NCBI GenBank assembly: GCA_973895155.1 | Contig: OZ316894.1 | Location: 11,401,892 to 11,465,891, forward strand | Origin: Marsupella aquatica | Lineage: Eukaryota > Plantae > Marchantiophyta | Reading direction: 5' to 3' | DNA: 64,000 nucleotides | Shown: piece by piece, positions 1-12,199 of the stretch | Layout: the number at the start of each line of letters is the position of its first letter | Numbering within the stretch: position 1 is the first letter of the stretch | Translations under genes and position numbers: made by a program | The notes under the pieces: model-generated | The model's database searches: none | Seen by the model: only the letters and a program-made list of their open reading frames with translations | Told to the model about the DNA's origin: nothing

Positions 1-109
1 CAAGGAAATTGTGGGTGCTAAACTGATATAGCAAAGGGTACAGAAATTAATTTGCAGTAGAGAATGGATCATATTCTGTCCGGAGGCAGCCACTAATTAT
101 TGAGCAGCG

Positions 110-1785
110 GTGTTGCCTGAGGGTGTAGTAAAGACAAGCCAATTCTCTCCACGGGTGAGATCAGTTGTATGGCCTAAAGGTGTAGCAAACTGGAGCCAAT
201 TCTTTTCACAGGAGAGGTCAGCAGTGTGACCCAAGGGTGTAGCAAATCGGAGCCAATTCTTTTCACAGGAGAGGTCAGCGGTGTGACCCGAGAGTTTAGC
301 AAATGGGAGCCAATTCTTCTCACGGGAGAGGTCAGCAATGTGACCTGAGAGTGTAGCAAATGGGAGCCAATTCTTCTCACAGGAGAGGTCAGCGGGGTGA
401 CCCGAGAGTGTAGCAAATGGGAGCCAATTCTTTTCTTTTCACGGGAGAGGTCAGCAGTGTGACCCGAGAGTGTAGCAAATGGGAGCCAATTCTTTTCTTT
501 TCACGGTAGAGGTCAGCGGTGTGACCCAAGGGTGTAGCAAATTGGAGCCAATTCTTTTCACACGAGAGGTCAACCGTGTGACCCGAGAGTGTAGCAAATC
601 AGAGCCAATTATTTTCACAGGAGAGGTCAGTGGTGTGACCCGAGAGTGTAGCAAGTGAGAGCCAATTCTTCTCACAGGAGAGGTCAGCGATGTGACCCGA
701 GGGTGTAGCAAATGGGAGCCAATTCTTTTCATTTCACGGGAGAGGTCAGCGGTGTGACCCAAGGGTGTAGCAAATCGTAGCCAATTCTTTTCACACAAGA
801 GGTCAGCGGTGTGACCCGAGAGTGTAGCAAATGGGAGCCAATTCTTTTCTTTTCATGGGAGAGGTCAGCAGTGTGACCCAAGGGTGTAGCAAATCGGAAC
901 CAATTCTTTTCACACGAGACGTCAGCCGTGTGACCCGACAGTGAAATGGGAGCCAATTCTTTTCTTTTCACAGGAGAGGTCAGCGGTGTGACCCAAGAGT
1001 GTAGCAAATGGGAGCCAATTCTTCTTACAGGAGATTGAGGTCAACGGTGTAACCAGGGTGTAGCAAACGGGAGCCAATTATTTTCTTTTCACGAGAGAGG
1101 TCAGCGGGGTGACCCAAGCCTGTAGCAAATGGGAGCCAATTCTTTTGTCACACCATTCTAGGTAGTATTGTAGTATATCATACTATCTAGATTCGTACGT
1201 GTGCTATATGAGCCAATAAGGTTCTATTAGGTTTGTGTGGGAGAGTAGTTCTCCTTGTGAGGCATTGGAAAGTTATCTTTTGATATTGAGCCTTGGAGAG
1301 GGGAGCTCGTGTTGTGGCTATGGTGGCTGAGAGCTCCTTCTGTGTAATATAGATTCCTTGAGTGCAAGGTGCGTTGGCTTGACATATGTGTGCAATCGGA
1401 TGAGACAGGATTGAGTGCGTATTGTTGACATCGATCGCTGGTTGGATTGTATTGAGATTATTGTGAATTTTGGACATGTGTGGACATGAGTTCCACTTGT
1501 TCTCCATTCTCTTATGTATGTGTGATGTATTGTGCTTAGTTGTGGATGCATGTGACAAACAATGTATGTTATGTAGTGATGTGTATGCACATGACACTTT
1601 TCATAGAAGAGGTCAGCGGTGTGACCCGAGGGTGTAGCAAATGGGAGCCAATTCTTTTCACAGGAGAGGTTAGTGGTGTGACCCGAGGGTGTAACAAACA
1701 TGAGCCAATTCTTTTCACAGGAGAGGTCCAAGGTGTGACTGCGGGAATAGCAAACTTAAGCCAATTCTTTTCACAGGAAAGATCA
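110..1785. repeat. Tandem minisatellite/satellite array of about 20 units of 57 bp, with a 62-bp variant carrying an extra TTTTC; interrupted by a solo LTR
   Basis: Consensus TGTAGCAAATGGGAGCCAATTCTTTTCACAGGAGAGGTCAGCGGTGTGACCCGAGAG recurs at 57-bp spacing (181, 238, 295...). About 17 units lie before 1145 and about 3 after 1597. Confidence 0.97.
1146..1596. mobile_element. Solo LTR (451 bp) inserted in the satellite array
   Basis: Termini are TGTCA...TGACA (inverted), flanked by direct repeat CTTT (1142-1145 and 1597-1600). Removing the element and one CTTT restores a normal satellite unit (AATTCTTTTCA). Confidence 0.8.
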
Positions 1786-2502
1786 TGAGTTGCAAGTAAA
1801 GTAAAAGGAGATTGAGAGAAGCCCAGTGAGGGAATAGGGTCTTAACGAGTGGAGAGCTCGGATAGGATAGGGCCACACACATGGCAGCCTTACAGCAAGC
1901 CTAATCGGCAACCTGGGCCATGGCGAATGGGACTGCCAGTTGTTTCTTTGGGCACGACCAGCACGAATCGAAGCACGAATTGGTACTGTCAGGCCTGAAT
2001 TTGAGCTGGGCACTTTTCCATGCAAGAGCTCGCCGCGGCAGACATGCAGAGCAATCACGAGGACCCGGCGATTTCTGCCCCTTGCTGAAACATTTGTGGT
2101 GTAGGCAAAGATGTGGTTCAGCACCTGTTAGGCTGTGGATTGAATCCCATCGGAAGCAGAGATAGCTTTGGTGTCCTCTGAGTGAGAACAGCAAAAGATC
2201 GCCAGATCCTACAAGAGGAACGGACAACTGTTTCTTCAAGACGGAAAGGTGCAAGGGGTTGAGAGATTTTTGCATTCTCTGGAAGAAACCGAGGACGAAC
2301 AGTACGGCCTAGAGGAACAGAGACATCATTTTTTGAGGGACTGAAGAGTGTAATGTGTTGATAACTTTGGCGTTTCTGGGTGCCGTTGCTGCTGTAGGAG
2401 ACCGACTCTTGACGATTAGCTTGCTGTATAGAGCAGAATCGGGCGTGTTCCTCAACATATTGTTGAAATCAATCACAGACGGCAGCCACTCCTCTCAGGA
2501 AA

Positions 2503-4704
2503 ATGGCATCCGTGACCTTCTACACGTACCCCCTGGCCTTCAATCCAGCGAAGGCGAAGCTGGCTCTGGATGAAAAGGGGATTAAGGTAAGCTGGCTGGA
2601 GCCGTAACCCAGTGTTTGAGAGACGTTATGTACATTTGACAGATTTTGGAATTTTTGAGCTCTCATCTGGGAAGGGACGTTGTGTCGTAGATCTGAGCCC
2701 ACAAGACTCGAGTCATGATTTTCTCTCTTCGGTTGAACTGCGTCGTGACAAGTTCCTGACCCTGATTCGGCTCAGCCAACCCTCAGTTTTTCAGCTCAGT
2801 ATATGACATATGGGACGTCGGAATCTTGCAATGTTGAAGGGAGGCACAGAACAGCCAATTGAAGTGGGACGTTGGCTTGTGTTTTTACATTGCACTCGGG
2901 GCAGGCAACGAGCTCTCGTTCTGGAAATTTCTTTGCGTGGTGTTGAAAATGATGCCTCAATGGCAGGGAGCTAGGTTGGGAGAAACGCGTTCTTTTGTTT
3001 GTCAAGGGTTACTGAGAATTTTGAACCTCATCTTGGAAGTGTTGTCACTTGGAGAGAGAGCAGAGAGCAGATGCCGCCACGGCATTCAATCCCTAGAGTT
3101 CGGTTTGATATACTGGTTTGCTGATGTTATTGGTTGACCAAGGCAGACCAGAATCTAGATTTTGCAGGTGCCGTAGCTCTCCATGGCATCACTGTCATGA
3201 TCCTCGCTACCTCTGGCGAAATAATCGCCACAAGACCCGAAGTTTGAGTGATGATTGTGTTTGCTTTGCGGTCAACCCCGCCCAGATCGAAGTCAGGGCC
3301 ATAATCACCTTGTCCCGCAATTCTACTCTATTCAAGAAGCCCTTCAACCTCTTATGTTTTAAGTGCGGTTGCGTCCGTTCTTGACGAGATTTGAAACTTC
3401 TATGTCTAGGATGCATCGTCAGAGCCTTTTAATGGAAACTTTCGTTCAGGATAGCTCTCATCTGTGTGGCTAAACTTTTGGGTTGGAATGCATACATGCA
3501 GTACGCGGAGAAGAAAATTGACATCATAGGCAGTCAATCCTTGGAGCCTTGGTATATCAAACTGAATCCCGCAGGCTCTGCTCCGACTCTGGTTGCTGGT
3601 GAGAAGGTTATCCCAGAATCCGCCGATATTATCAGGTGAGCTTCTACTCTGGAGGTTTGCTATCATCCCTGGCGAGCTCCATCGAAGTGAGAATGTAATC
3701 CAGATTGAGAAAATGAATCTTGAGTCAGATATTGTCTTAGCAAAATCTTACTCTAAAATGTCTCCAGAGACAATGTTGTACTTCAAATTTCAACGATTGT
3801 ACCAAACATGTATTACAAATGCTCTCCATAATAGCAATGATGGAAAACAATCTTCAGACTATGTACATAATAGATAGATAGGCATCCATAGGGGAATATC
3901 CGTTTACAACGTTGTCTTTGGACAAATTTAAATAGCACTTGTACACACGCCAAGCCGAGATGAGTGGAATGCAGAGCGTTGCTTTTTGAAGATGCACTAA
4001 CAGACGGTCTGGCGTCGACCTCCTAACATAGGAGAAGAAATGTGCGAGATTTGTGATGCCTGAAGTCTATTTCACTTCGAATTCTCGCATTTGATGTCTT
4101 GCGTTTTCGCAGATGGGCTGATGATCAGGGGAATAGTCCTCTGGGTGGGGACAAAGTGGATAGACAATTCGTTTCCGAGTGGCTCAACAAGGTGGATTCC
4201 TGGGATGGGAACCTCTACGCAGCAGCCTGGAGTGGAGCTGGCTCGTTTCTGAAGGTCAGCAACAACCACAAGATTAAAGTAGCAGAGGCTGCTGCCAAAA
4301 GAAATCCCGACCTAGCGGATGTATATATGAAGAAGATTGAGAATCTGAAGAAAATCAATGAGGAACCCAGTAACAAGGCGTTAGTGGACTCCAACAAAGC
4401 GCAGTTGGTGGACCTGTTGGATGAGGCTGACACTCGGCTAAGCTCGAGTAAATATCTGGCCGGGGATGAGTATAGCATGGCAGATGTTATCTTCACCCCC
4501 GTTCTGTATCGGCTACCTCAAGTGTCACAGGAAAAGGAACTACTGGACCCGAGAGTGAATGTGAAAAAGTATTGGGGAGATCTGAAGAAGAGGCCTAGCT
4601 ATCGAACCACGTTCGCCGCTTCTGAGAATCCATTTTATGCTGCGAAAACAGCATTGCCCTCCTTGTTTGATATTCTATACTCCAAGGTCTTCAACAAATA
4701 CTGA
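2503..4704 (+). CDS. TCHQD: Glutathione transferase, TCHQD (tetrachlorohydroquinone dehalogenase-like) class; exons 2503-2586, 3502-3635, 4113-4704; about 269 aa
   Basis: GT-AG splicing gives an open 810-nt frame: MASVTFYTYPLAFNPAKAKLALDEKGIK / YAEKKIDII...KLNPAGSAPTL...ESADIIR / W...EWLNKVDSWD...NPDLADVY...YLAGDEYSMADVIFTPVLYRL...YW...KRPSY...KY*. This follows plant TCHQD GSTs along the whole length. Confidence 0.85.
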
Positions 4705-7700
4705 GTCACAACTTTGCCCGAGTGAGGATTGGAGATTATGCTAAAGTGTACATCTAATCTACAACGTTCGGAAACTCATTTGAATATTTGCGATTAATGT
4801 GTTGCTACCTTCTTGTACCTACTGCAAAGTAGCGAATCACCCTGGTCACGAATGCCATTATTGTATGAGGCAAAACACCGTCTGAAAGGTGGTGTCAGGG
4901 TGCAACTTTCACGCCTGCAACTTGGGAAACTGTAAATTGAGTTGGTAGAAGCTAGAATTCTGTACTTTTGAGGATATTGCGAGCAGCTCTGTTGCCCAGT
5001 CGATTTCGTTGAACACTTGTCATTGATTGAAACGAAATTCATTTGGAAAGTGGAAATGTTGTCACTAAAAATTAAATGAAAAAGACTTCCAAACAGAGTT
5101 TACATAAAATATTACCTTTCATCGTCTTTTATGTATGCAAACATTCTATGCAAAGATTCTAAGCTTAATTATACTGAGATAGTTCTTATAGTGGGGTGGG
5201 AATAAACTGGATGTAACATCAAACTAATGTAACAACAAAACGCTTCAATTAATGAAAGCCCTTTCGGCACAGATAGCAAATGTTAGGCAATGCGATATGT
5301 GTAAGCACGAATAACCTTTTCCATATATTTGTTGGAATGACTTTTAGCGATCCCAAGCAGATTGACAAGCCTAGTTAACGAGTTTACTAATTAAATGTCC
5401 ATTCAATCTATCCACGACAATGATTGTCCCGGTTATTTTCCGTGCAAAATATGAAGGTGGAAAAAGCAAATTAGGTGGACAAGTTAAATCTTGAAATCCA
5501 TAATGTGAAAGCAAGCGACTGTACTCTGTACATTTGTCGACTAATTTCACATCCCGACGATGCATATTCAGAACTACGGCTACTGGGCACAAGATATGAG
5601 CAGCCAGTTCGTTGGCCCGAAGGATGACGAGTCTGACATACACACTAAAAAGACTAGGACGTAACATTGGGGTTATACGCCGAAAGTTGTGGACCTGACG
5701 ATGTACACCAAGAAAAACTTGTCTAGGCTGCACATCTACGCCTAAAGAACCCAACTCCGAAAAACTGTGGTATTCTGGCCGGGTCTAGAAGCCATGAAGT
5801 GGAGTCTTGTGATTGGCTACTTTTAGAAGAAGTTCCCTATCCTGGAGATTTGCAAAGCTCCCTGTTCATTTCATCTTGATTGTTCGAGCAGAGCCCACAT
5901 AGGAGGGACCTCCTCGGAGAATGAACAAACCAGTCTTTCTAGCTTTGCCGTAGGTTTGCAAAGTGAACGGGTTTCCGAGCGACAAATTGCTACACCCGGT
6001 GGACGAGGTTCTCATCTCCTACAAAGATCTTACTCTGATCCCACTCTCTAAGGGCATGGTCAAATTTCAACTTAGAGCATGAGAGGAAATCATGGCCGGA
6101 ACTGTACAGTGCCCAACTCGAGAGACAACCTACTCTCGAGCCATCCAACCACTGATTTTACATCTTGGCCTAGTACGAAGTTGTCGCCCTGTCCAAGAAC
6201 TACTTGGTTACCGTTTTATCTTCAATTCCCCCAACAAAATCTGCCTTTCATTAACACGTTGAGCAATCGACCTTCCACTCGGTCAATGTTGAGAAGAACA
6301 GCAATTAGTAATTCTGATTGATTGGGTTGTTTCTTGAAAATAATTTCCTAGATGGCAAGCATGTTATTGAAAAGAAGGGTAATGATATGAAAGTTTCTTT
6401 TGCCCTGGAAATCCATTTTTGATGTGAAAGGTTTTTTGCATGACAGATCTTCACTGCAAAATCTACACTTCAGTTGCGAAGCACAGCACCGTAGCATTGG
6501 GGGTAACTACTTTAGGGTCGTAACCATTCCAGAGGGCATATGTATCTAGGACACTAATATACACTATGCCGGTGGCAGGCCCGTTCTGTCCTCACCTTTT
6601 TTTAGGTCCGAAAGACGGCTAGTTGGGCTTGTGCTTTGAAATTTAGAACATGAACCAGCTAATCAAGGGCATGGGCCCAATTGTGAGTCTTATGGGAGAA
6701 AAGTAACCTGCATTTATTCCCATTCCAATGGTTAGTCTTGGTGGAGAGGGGAGTTTGATCTAGGTCTCTGTAGATGCCATTAAATTTCCACACTATATTA
6801 TCCGTTAGTGGACATTGATGCATACAAGAGAAATGCAAGGTGAGTAAAAGTAAGGCACATAATAATATTCAATATTGACAGTGATTTGTATTTGATGTCT
6901 ACAATCGTCTACTGCAACAACAACAAAAAGTGCCTTACCTGGAGACAGCCGATCTTAAAGGCTAGAGACCCAATAAAGAGGTGGAAACAAAAGAGAATAA
7001 CTGGCAACACCAAAGTGCCAACAAGCCCAATCTTTTCTTGATATGAGACCTTGCAAGATAAAAGCAAAGTTTATTATGCAAATAACCATTGATTACAATG
7101 TCTAATGTCCATATCCAGGATTTTGATCAGCCCTCAAGACCAAATCAGATTGGGAGCAGGCTGAGGGCTAGATCAAGCTTACTTTGGATGAAGTTCAATG
7201 CAAGCTAGAGACTGTTTAGTGTGAGTGGAGTCCATCTCATCGGAAGGCAAGATTTTGTCCAGCAGCTCTTTGACAAACTCAGGCTTGAAGATGGGGTACA
7301 TGGATACCAATGAGCGAATCAGAAGATTAAGGAAGCAAAAATGGTGTGCTGTGATGCAAACAAAATATAGAGAAAATGACTCTCAATATTTGTATTCTGA
7401 TTGTTCGTATCAAAGAGAACCTGAGCCAGATGAGTTTCCCCATGGGATTGGGCTTCATTATCCCATCATACCTCGGAAAGGTATACTTTGCACAGACTTA
7501 CAATTGTCCCCAAAATGTAAATCTCTATCTCTAATAGCAGCAATGTGGTTGTTGGAATATCATTATTCCTAGTGCTTGTTAATTAAGTGACAATCAGACC
7601 TATGTCATACAGAAGTTGACTATGACTGTGAAGACATTTGTGAGGATGAAGCTATCACTTTGTCAAGGACAAAAGAGGAAGATGTTCCTCTTTACATGCA

Positions 7701-10700
7701 GCCTGTAACGTCCTCCAAAGACAAGAATACAAGACATGTACTAGTCTTTCCACACAGAAACAAACCCCCCTTCAAACATCAACACAAAAAAAATCTGGTA
7801 AACTCAATCTGCGTTCACTCCATCCTTCTCTCTTTCAAAGGTTCTTCCTTGCTGCTTGTTGTATGTTACTTCCTTTGTTCAACTCTGGTCGAACTTAGGA
7901 TCATTGTTGAACATTCATGAAACATCAGTTGACCTTCACTAGTATGGTTACTTTTCTGCAATTCCCTAGACTCAGTGTTCCTTTGGGTACTAAGTTTCAA
8001 AATATTTCAAGCATTGTTCGATGGATGATGGAAAACTAGTCGACAGCTATGCATTCCATTGTGTGAAGGCCTTGATGTCAAGACATATTGTAATCCATGA
8101 GTGGCTGTCCTACTACAGTATTGGCACAGTGGCTATTTTTCCAAATTCTCTTAGAAATATTACAGTGGAAGAAGTTCTGTCCAATTTGAGCTAGCAATAT
8201 TGAAATTGGCCAATAACAGCAACCCTAATTCCAAACTGATAGTTTTCTTCAATGAAGAGTTTTCTGGCTGTTGTGCACGTTTTTAGCTTCACTAAAGATA
8301 ACGGTTTAAACCGCTATGCTTTCTAGTTGTCAGTAAAGCATGCTTTTGAGGTTATTGTGGCGGCTTTCTCATATGTTCAATAAAATATGCCACTACAGTC
8401 AAGCTAATGGAATTTCTTGACATGACTGAAAATTATTATTAATTGAGATTTCAGCCTGTGGGCACATAGTTTTTGCAATTACGAAGTTCATGCATCTAGT
8501 GAAGTAAGAAATTCAACAACGTGACTGAATAAAAATCATTCCACATATCTGAAAATCATTCTTGAGGGGATGAGTTTCCATCAGATTGTCATATGTATAT
8601 AATGATACTGTTGGATTGGATATGAATTACATGCACTTTTTAATCAACTCCTACAATAAGTGCTATTCTATATTTAGCCCTCCTAAGAGTTAGACTTTCA
8701 ACATTTTTCAGATATTTATCACGTTTTACAAGAAACGTTACTCCAACTTTTGGGTTACAGGCAGAACTGTGTATGATATTGGAGCCATTCAATGACCTAG
8801 ACTATGAAGGTATGATTCCTTGCATGAGCTTCTCTCAGTCTCGCACACAGACTTAAAGCATAGCCTTGACTCTTGTTTGTATGATTGGTTGCAGTGAAGT
8901 GTGTGTCATATACTCATTCCAGCAGCCCTGGCAATGTTTATTTATATTTTTATTAGAGGAAACGGTTCTGTAAAGTGTTTTCTACATTTCTCGGTCACAA
9001 AAAATACACATTGTGCTTCGAGATTACTAAAGCACAAGCCTGAATGCCCATCGTTAATAGAAATGATGTCAAAATTTATCATGTATGATCATCTTATCAT
9101 CATGTTACATACATAATATCTCATCCTACTTTTCATCGGCCTAAACTTGGTGGGGCCCTAGAGTCAAGGTCTAGACGTTTCACTTCAGAAACCTAGATCC
9201 CAAGTCTAGTTTTTCATTGCGATTAGTTATCTAGATGTTCAACAGTGTTTTACTCTATGCAAAAGCAATCAGCTCAAAGAATAGGCTAGACTGACTAGTC
9301 ATTACACGATCAAAATCTTATCCTCAATCTTAAGGTCATAAGCAAAGAAAACATTGTGCACCACTGAAGAAATACATGGCACAGATTTCAGTTCTTTGTG
9401 CAGCTGGGCTCTTTGTGTGCCTAGGCTGATGTTGCATTTTGGAATTTGGTTAGTTGCACAAAAAATAAAGTCAGTGTAAAAACAATGATAAGCCAGCTCA
9501 ACATCTTCTACAAGATCCATGCCGAAAGCTTATGTGATGTGGAAAATAGTGAGAATTGTAATATACAAGTACTTTGCTATAGGTTTTACCAATATAATCT
9601 CATGTTTGTCCATCCCATGCTCAACACAGGGCTGGGCATTTTGCAATCATGCTTGACGTTTGAGTCTATATTGGACAAATTGAATACTAGTGGGCTGTAT
9701 CAACGTGACACCAAAGCTAGAGCTTTGGCTTTGCGTCTATTGTTACACCTTCCTCCTCAACAACCTGAGGATCTTGAAGGGCAGCCCACAACAACAGGAA
9801 GAGTCCATAACAGGGTCTACTTAAGTGCAAAGGTACGAGGCCAAAAACGAGTTTCACTTGATTTTATGCAACAACAAGAACAAAGTTGGCTTCATATTAG
9901 TAAGAGTGCCATGTTATATGATCAAAACCCCATTTTCCAAAATTAAAAATTCCCCTGAAGTAGCCATGTTATGTGCCCAAGAAGTTAAACTTTGTTCTGG
10001 GAGCCAACTTGCAGGGAAAGCATCATCGTGTACTAACTCCACGATGTGACACCTCCATAGTTGAGCAAATGGGTAGAGCTAATGCCATTACCCTTCTACA
10101 AAAGTGTTTGAGAGGTAGAGCATTGCAATTGTCCATCGAAAAGACTCGAGAGCGTTGGGAAGAATCATACGAAGAATTGAATGGCTTCAATATATCCTAT
10201 CAAATTGATTCTGATAGTGGCATGGAGTTGTCCACTTATCCAACAGAAAGGACAATTGTGAGAGCAGTGACTGGGCAATATATTTCACGCATGTTGGAAC
10301 CACTGGTGCTCCCAGAAGTGACAGAAGTGGGTCCGTTAGAAAACGTCAAATCTGACATCATTGGAGTGAATGGAGACGAAACTCACTTTGGGGACAGTGG
10401 CCGGCTTGTAATCCATAAAATTTAATACGAAGTCAACCCGATTTATGTTCGGTTGTGTGTTGTTTTGGGGGGAATCAATTGATTACTGTACAAAAATTCT
10501 AAAAACAAATTTTCTCAACCTCCCAACAATATACATCAACAAAGAACAAAAGCGTCTAGGGGGCTTCACAGTAGGGTGGGGCCGTTCAGTGTCTCTTTAT
10601 CCAAAGCTTAACTTGACAGCCAATTGGTATTAAATGCTGAGCCAAAACAAAATCAGGTCTGGATAATAAATGCAAGATCCTGAACAGAAGAGCAGCTTGC

Positions 10701-11352
10701 TCCATTCTTTTCCAAACCCCCTCAAGACTCAAGAGAAGGTCCAAGGTTCTGAAAAAAAAACATCCACAAATAGGCAAAATGAACTGACACCTGACTAAGC
10801 TCCATTATAGTATTGCTTCATATTGTCCCCAAGCTCTCGTATATATTTTCTTTAGTTATATTAAGTTCTATTCACAGATATTTTGTTAGTATCACCATAT
10901 AAAATTTGGTTATTATCTTGAAATTTTAACAAAATTTAATTTAATTTTTGGTATGATAAAATCATATTTAATTTTTATTTTTACTATATTTATGATATTT
11001 TATATATTTTTTTTCTTTAAAAAAATTATATTATAAAAAATTAATACACTCAAATATATAAAGAGAAAAGTCACAAAAATCTTTAGATGTCAACATTGGT
11101 TGTTAAAGGCTCCGCCCACACTAACAACTTCCCGCAAAATAATTCTCTCCGTGTAAGTCAACCCACACAATATCATGCCGCTTTTTATTATTCGCCCAAA
11201 ACCCCGCTCAGCTGTCAAGGTGAACGTGGGGCCATTCCCAGTCAAAAAGCGGGTCGGGGATAAATGATTCCCTGCGTCACTTTACCGGTAGTTCTGCTTT
11301 GTCCACCCAGGACGTCTCCCAACAGATTTCAACCCCTCGGCGACCACTTCCT

Positions 11353-11442
11353 TCCACAATCGACGGTGCAGGATGCCATACATTGACGAGATGCGCCTGC
11401 GTTTCCACAATCGACGGTGTACGATGCCATACTTTGAAGAGA
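11353..11442. repeat. Degenerate tandem duplication, 51-bp spacing
   Basis: TCCACAATCGACGGTGyAsGATGCCATACwTTGAmGAGAT occurs twice. Confidence 0.8.
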
Positions 11443-11760
11443 TTGTGGTTCCGTGGATCCCGCCTGCGAATAATTAATTTCTCGTGTCTCAGGAGTCAAG
11501 CTTCGGCTGTACAGTATATTCATGGGTCAGCGAAAGAGACTGAAACAGGCCGGGTCCTGTACTTTCTGGTCGGTGTTTCCCATTAATTTTCTGACGTCTA
11601 CAGTCCTCAGGTATCCACTCTTTCCCGCAGGACATTAATTAAAAGTCAGTCGTCGAGTGCGAAACGAGCTGTTGCGTGGTTCTCAGTGCTCTTTCGTGAC
11701 TTTTTCCCTTCGTATTGTTCAGTGCATTCCTGGAGGCTGGAGCGGCCAAAGATTTGTATC

Positions 11761-11848
11761 ATCTCTCTTTAGTAAGGTTCCAGTCTATTTTCAGTAACAG
11801 TAAAATCTCTCTTTAGTAAGGTTCTAGTCTATTTTTAGTAACAGTAAA
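11761..11848. repeat. 44-bp tandem duplication
   Basis: ATCTCTCTTTAGTAAGGTTCyAGTCTATTTTyAGTAACAGTAAA occurs twice, head to tail. Confidence 0.9.
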
Positions 11849-12199
11849 CATCTTTGATATCTGAATTGTATTAAAGATCTTGTTTCCAGATCATTATTGG
11901 CAATAATAGTTCTTCATAATTTGAAGTCTATATAATTAGTAGATCTGTGGACAAAACTTTGTTTCACGTATCCAAACTTGCAAATCTTCACCCAATGAAC
12001 AGAATCTTACTTATAAAGTGTTAACTAAAAGCTAGAGGTGGGGTCTAGTCTTCTAGAGTGAACTATAACTCTGGGCCCCACCAAAATGTATGTGGGTACA
12101 AAAGAATGTGTGCATGCAAGGAGAGAATGATAAGGCCCCACCAAAAATTCATGTGCATTAAAAACAAATGTGTGAATGATGTATATTAAAATGATGACA

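Noticed and set aside
174-1007. ORFs with 19-aa repeats (LLHSRVTPLTSPVRRIGSH)
   Set aside because: A by-product of the 57-bp period. The 62-bp units shift the frame repeatedly and there is no gene structure.
110-1785. CRISPR-like appearance of the regular repeat array
   Set aside because: The units are contiguous with no unique spacers, there are no cas genes, and the context is eukaryotic. It is a plain tandem array.
10381-10425. GDSG motif suggesting a trypsin-like protease
   Set aside because: A four-residue match only. I could not identify the His and Asp motifs.
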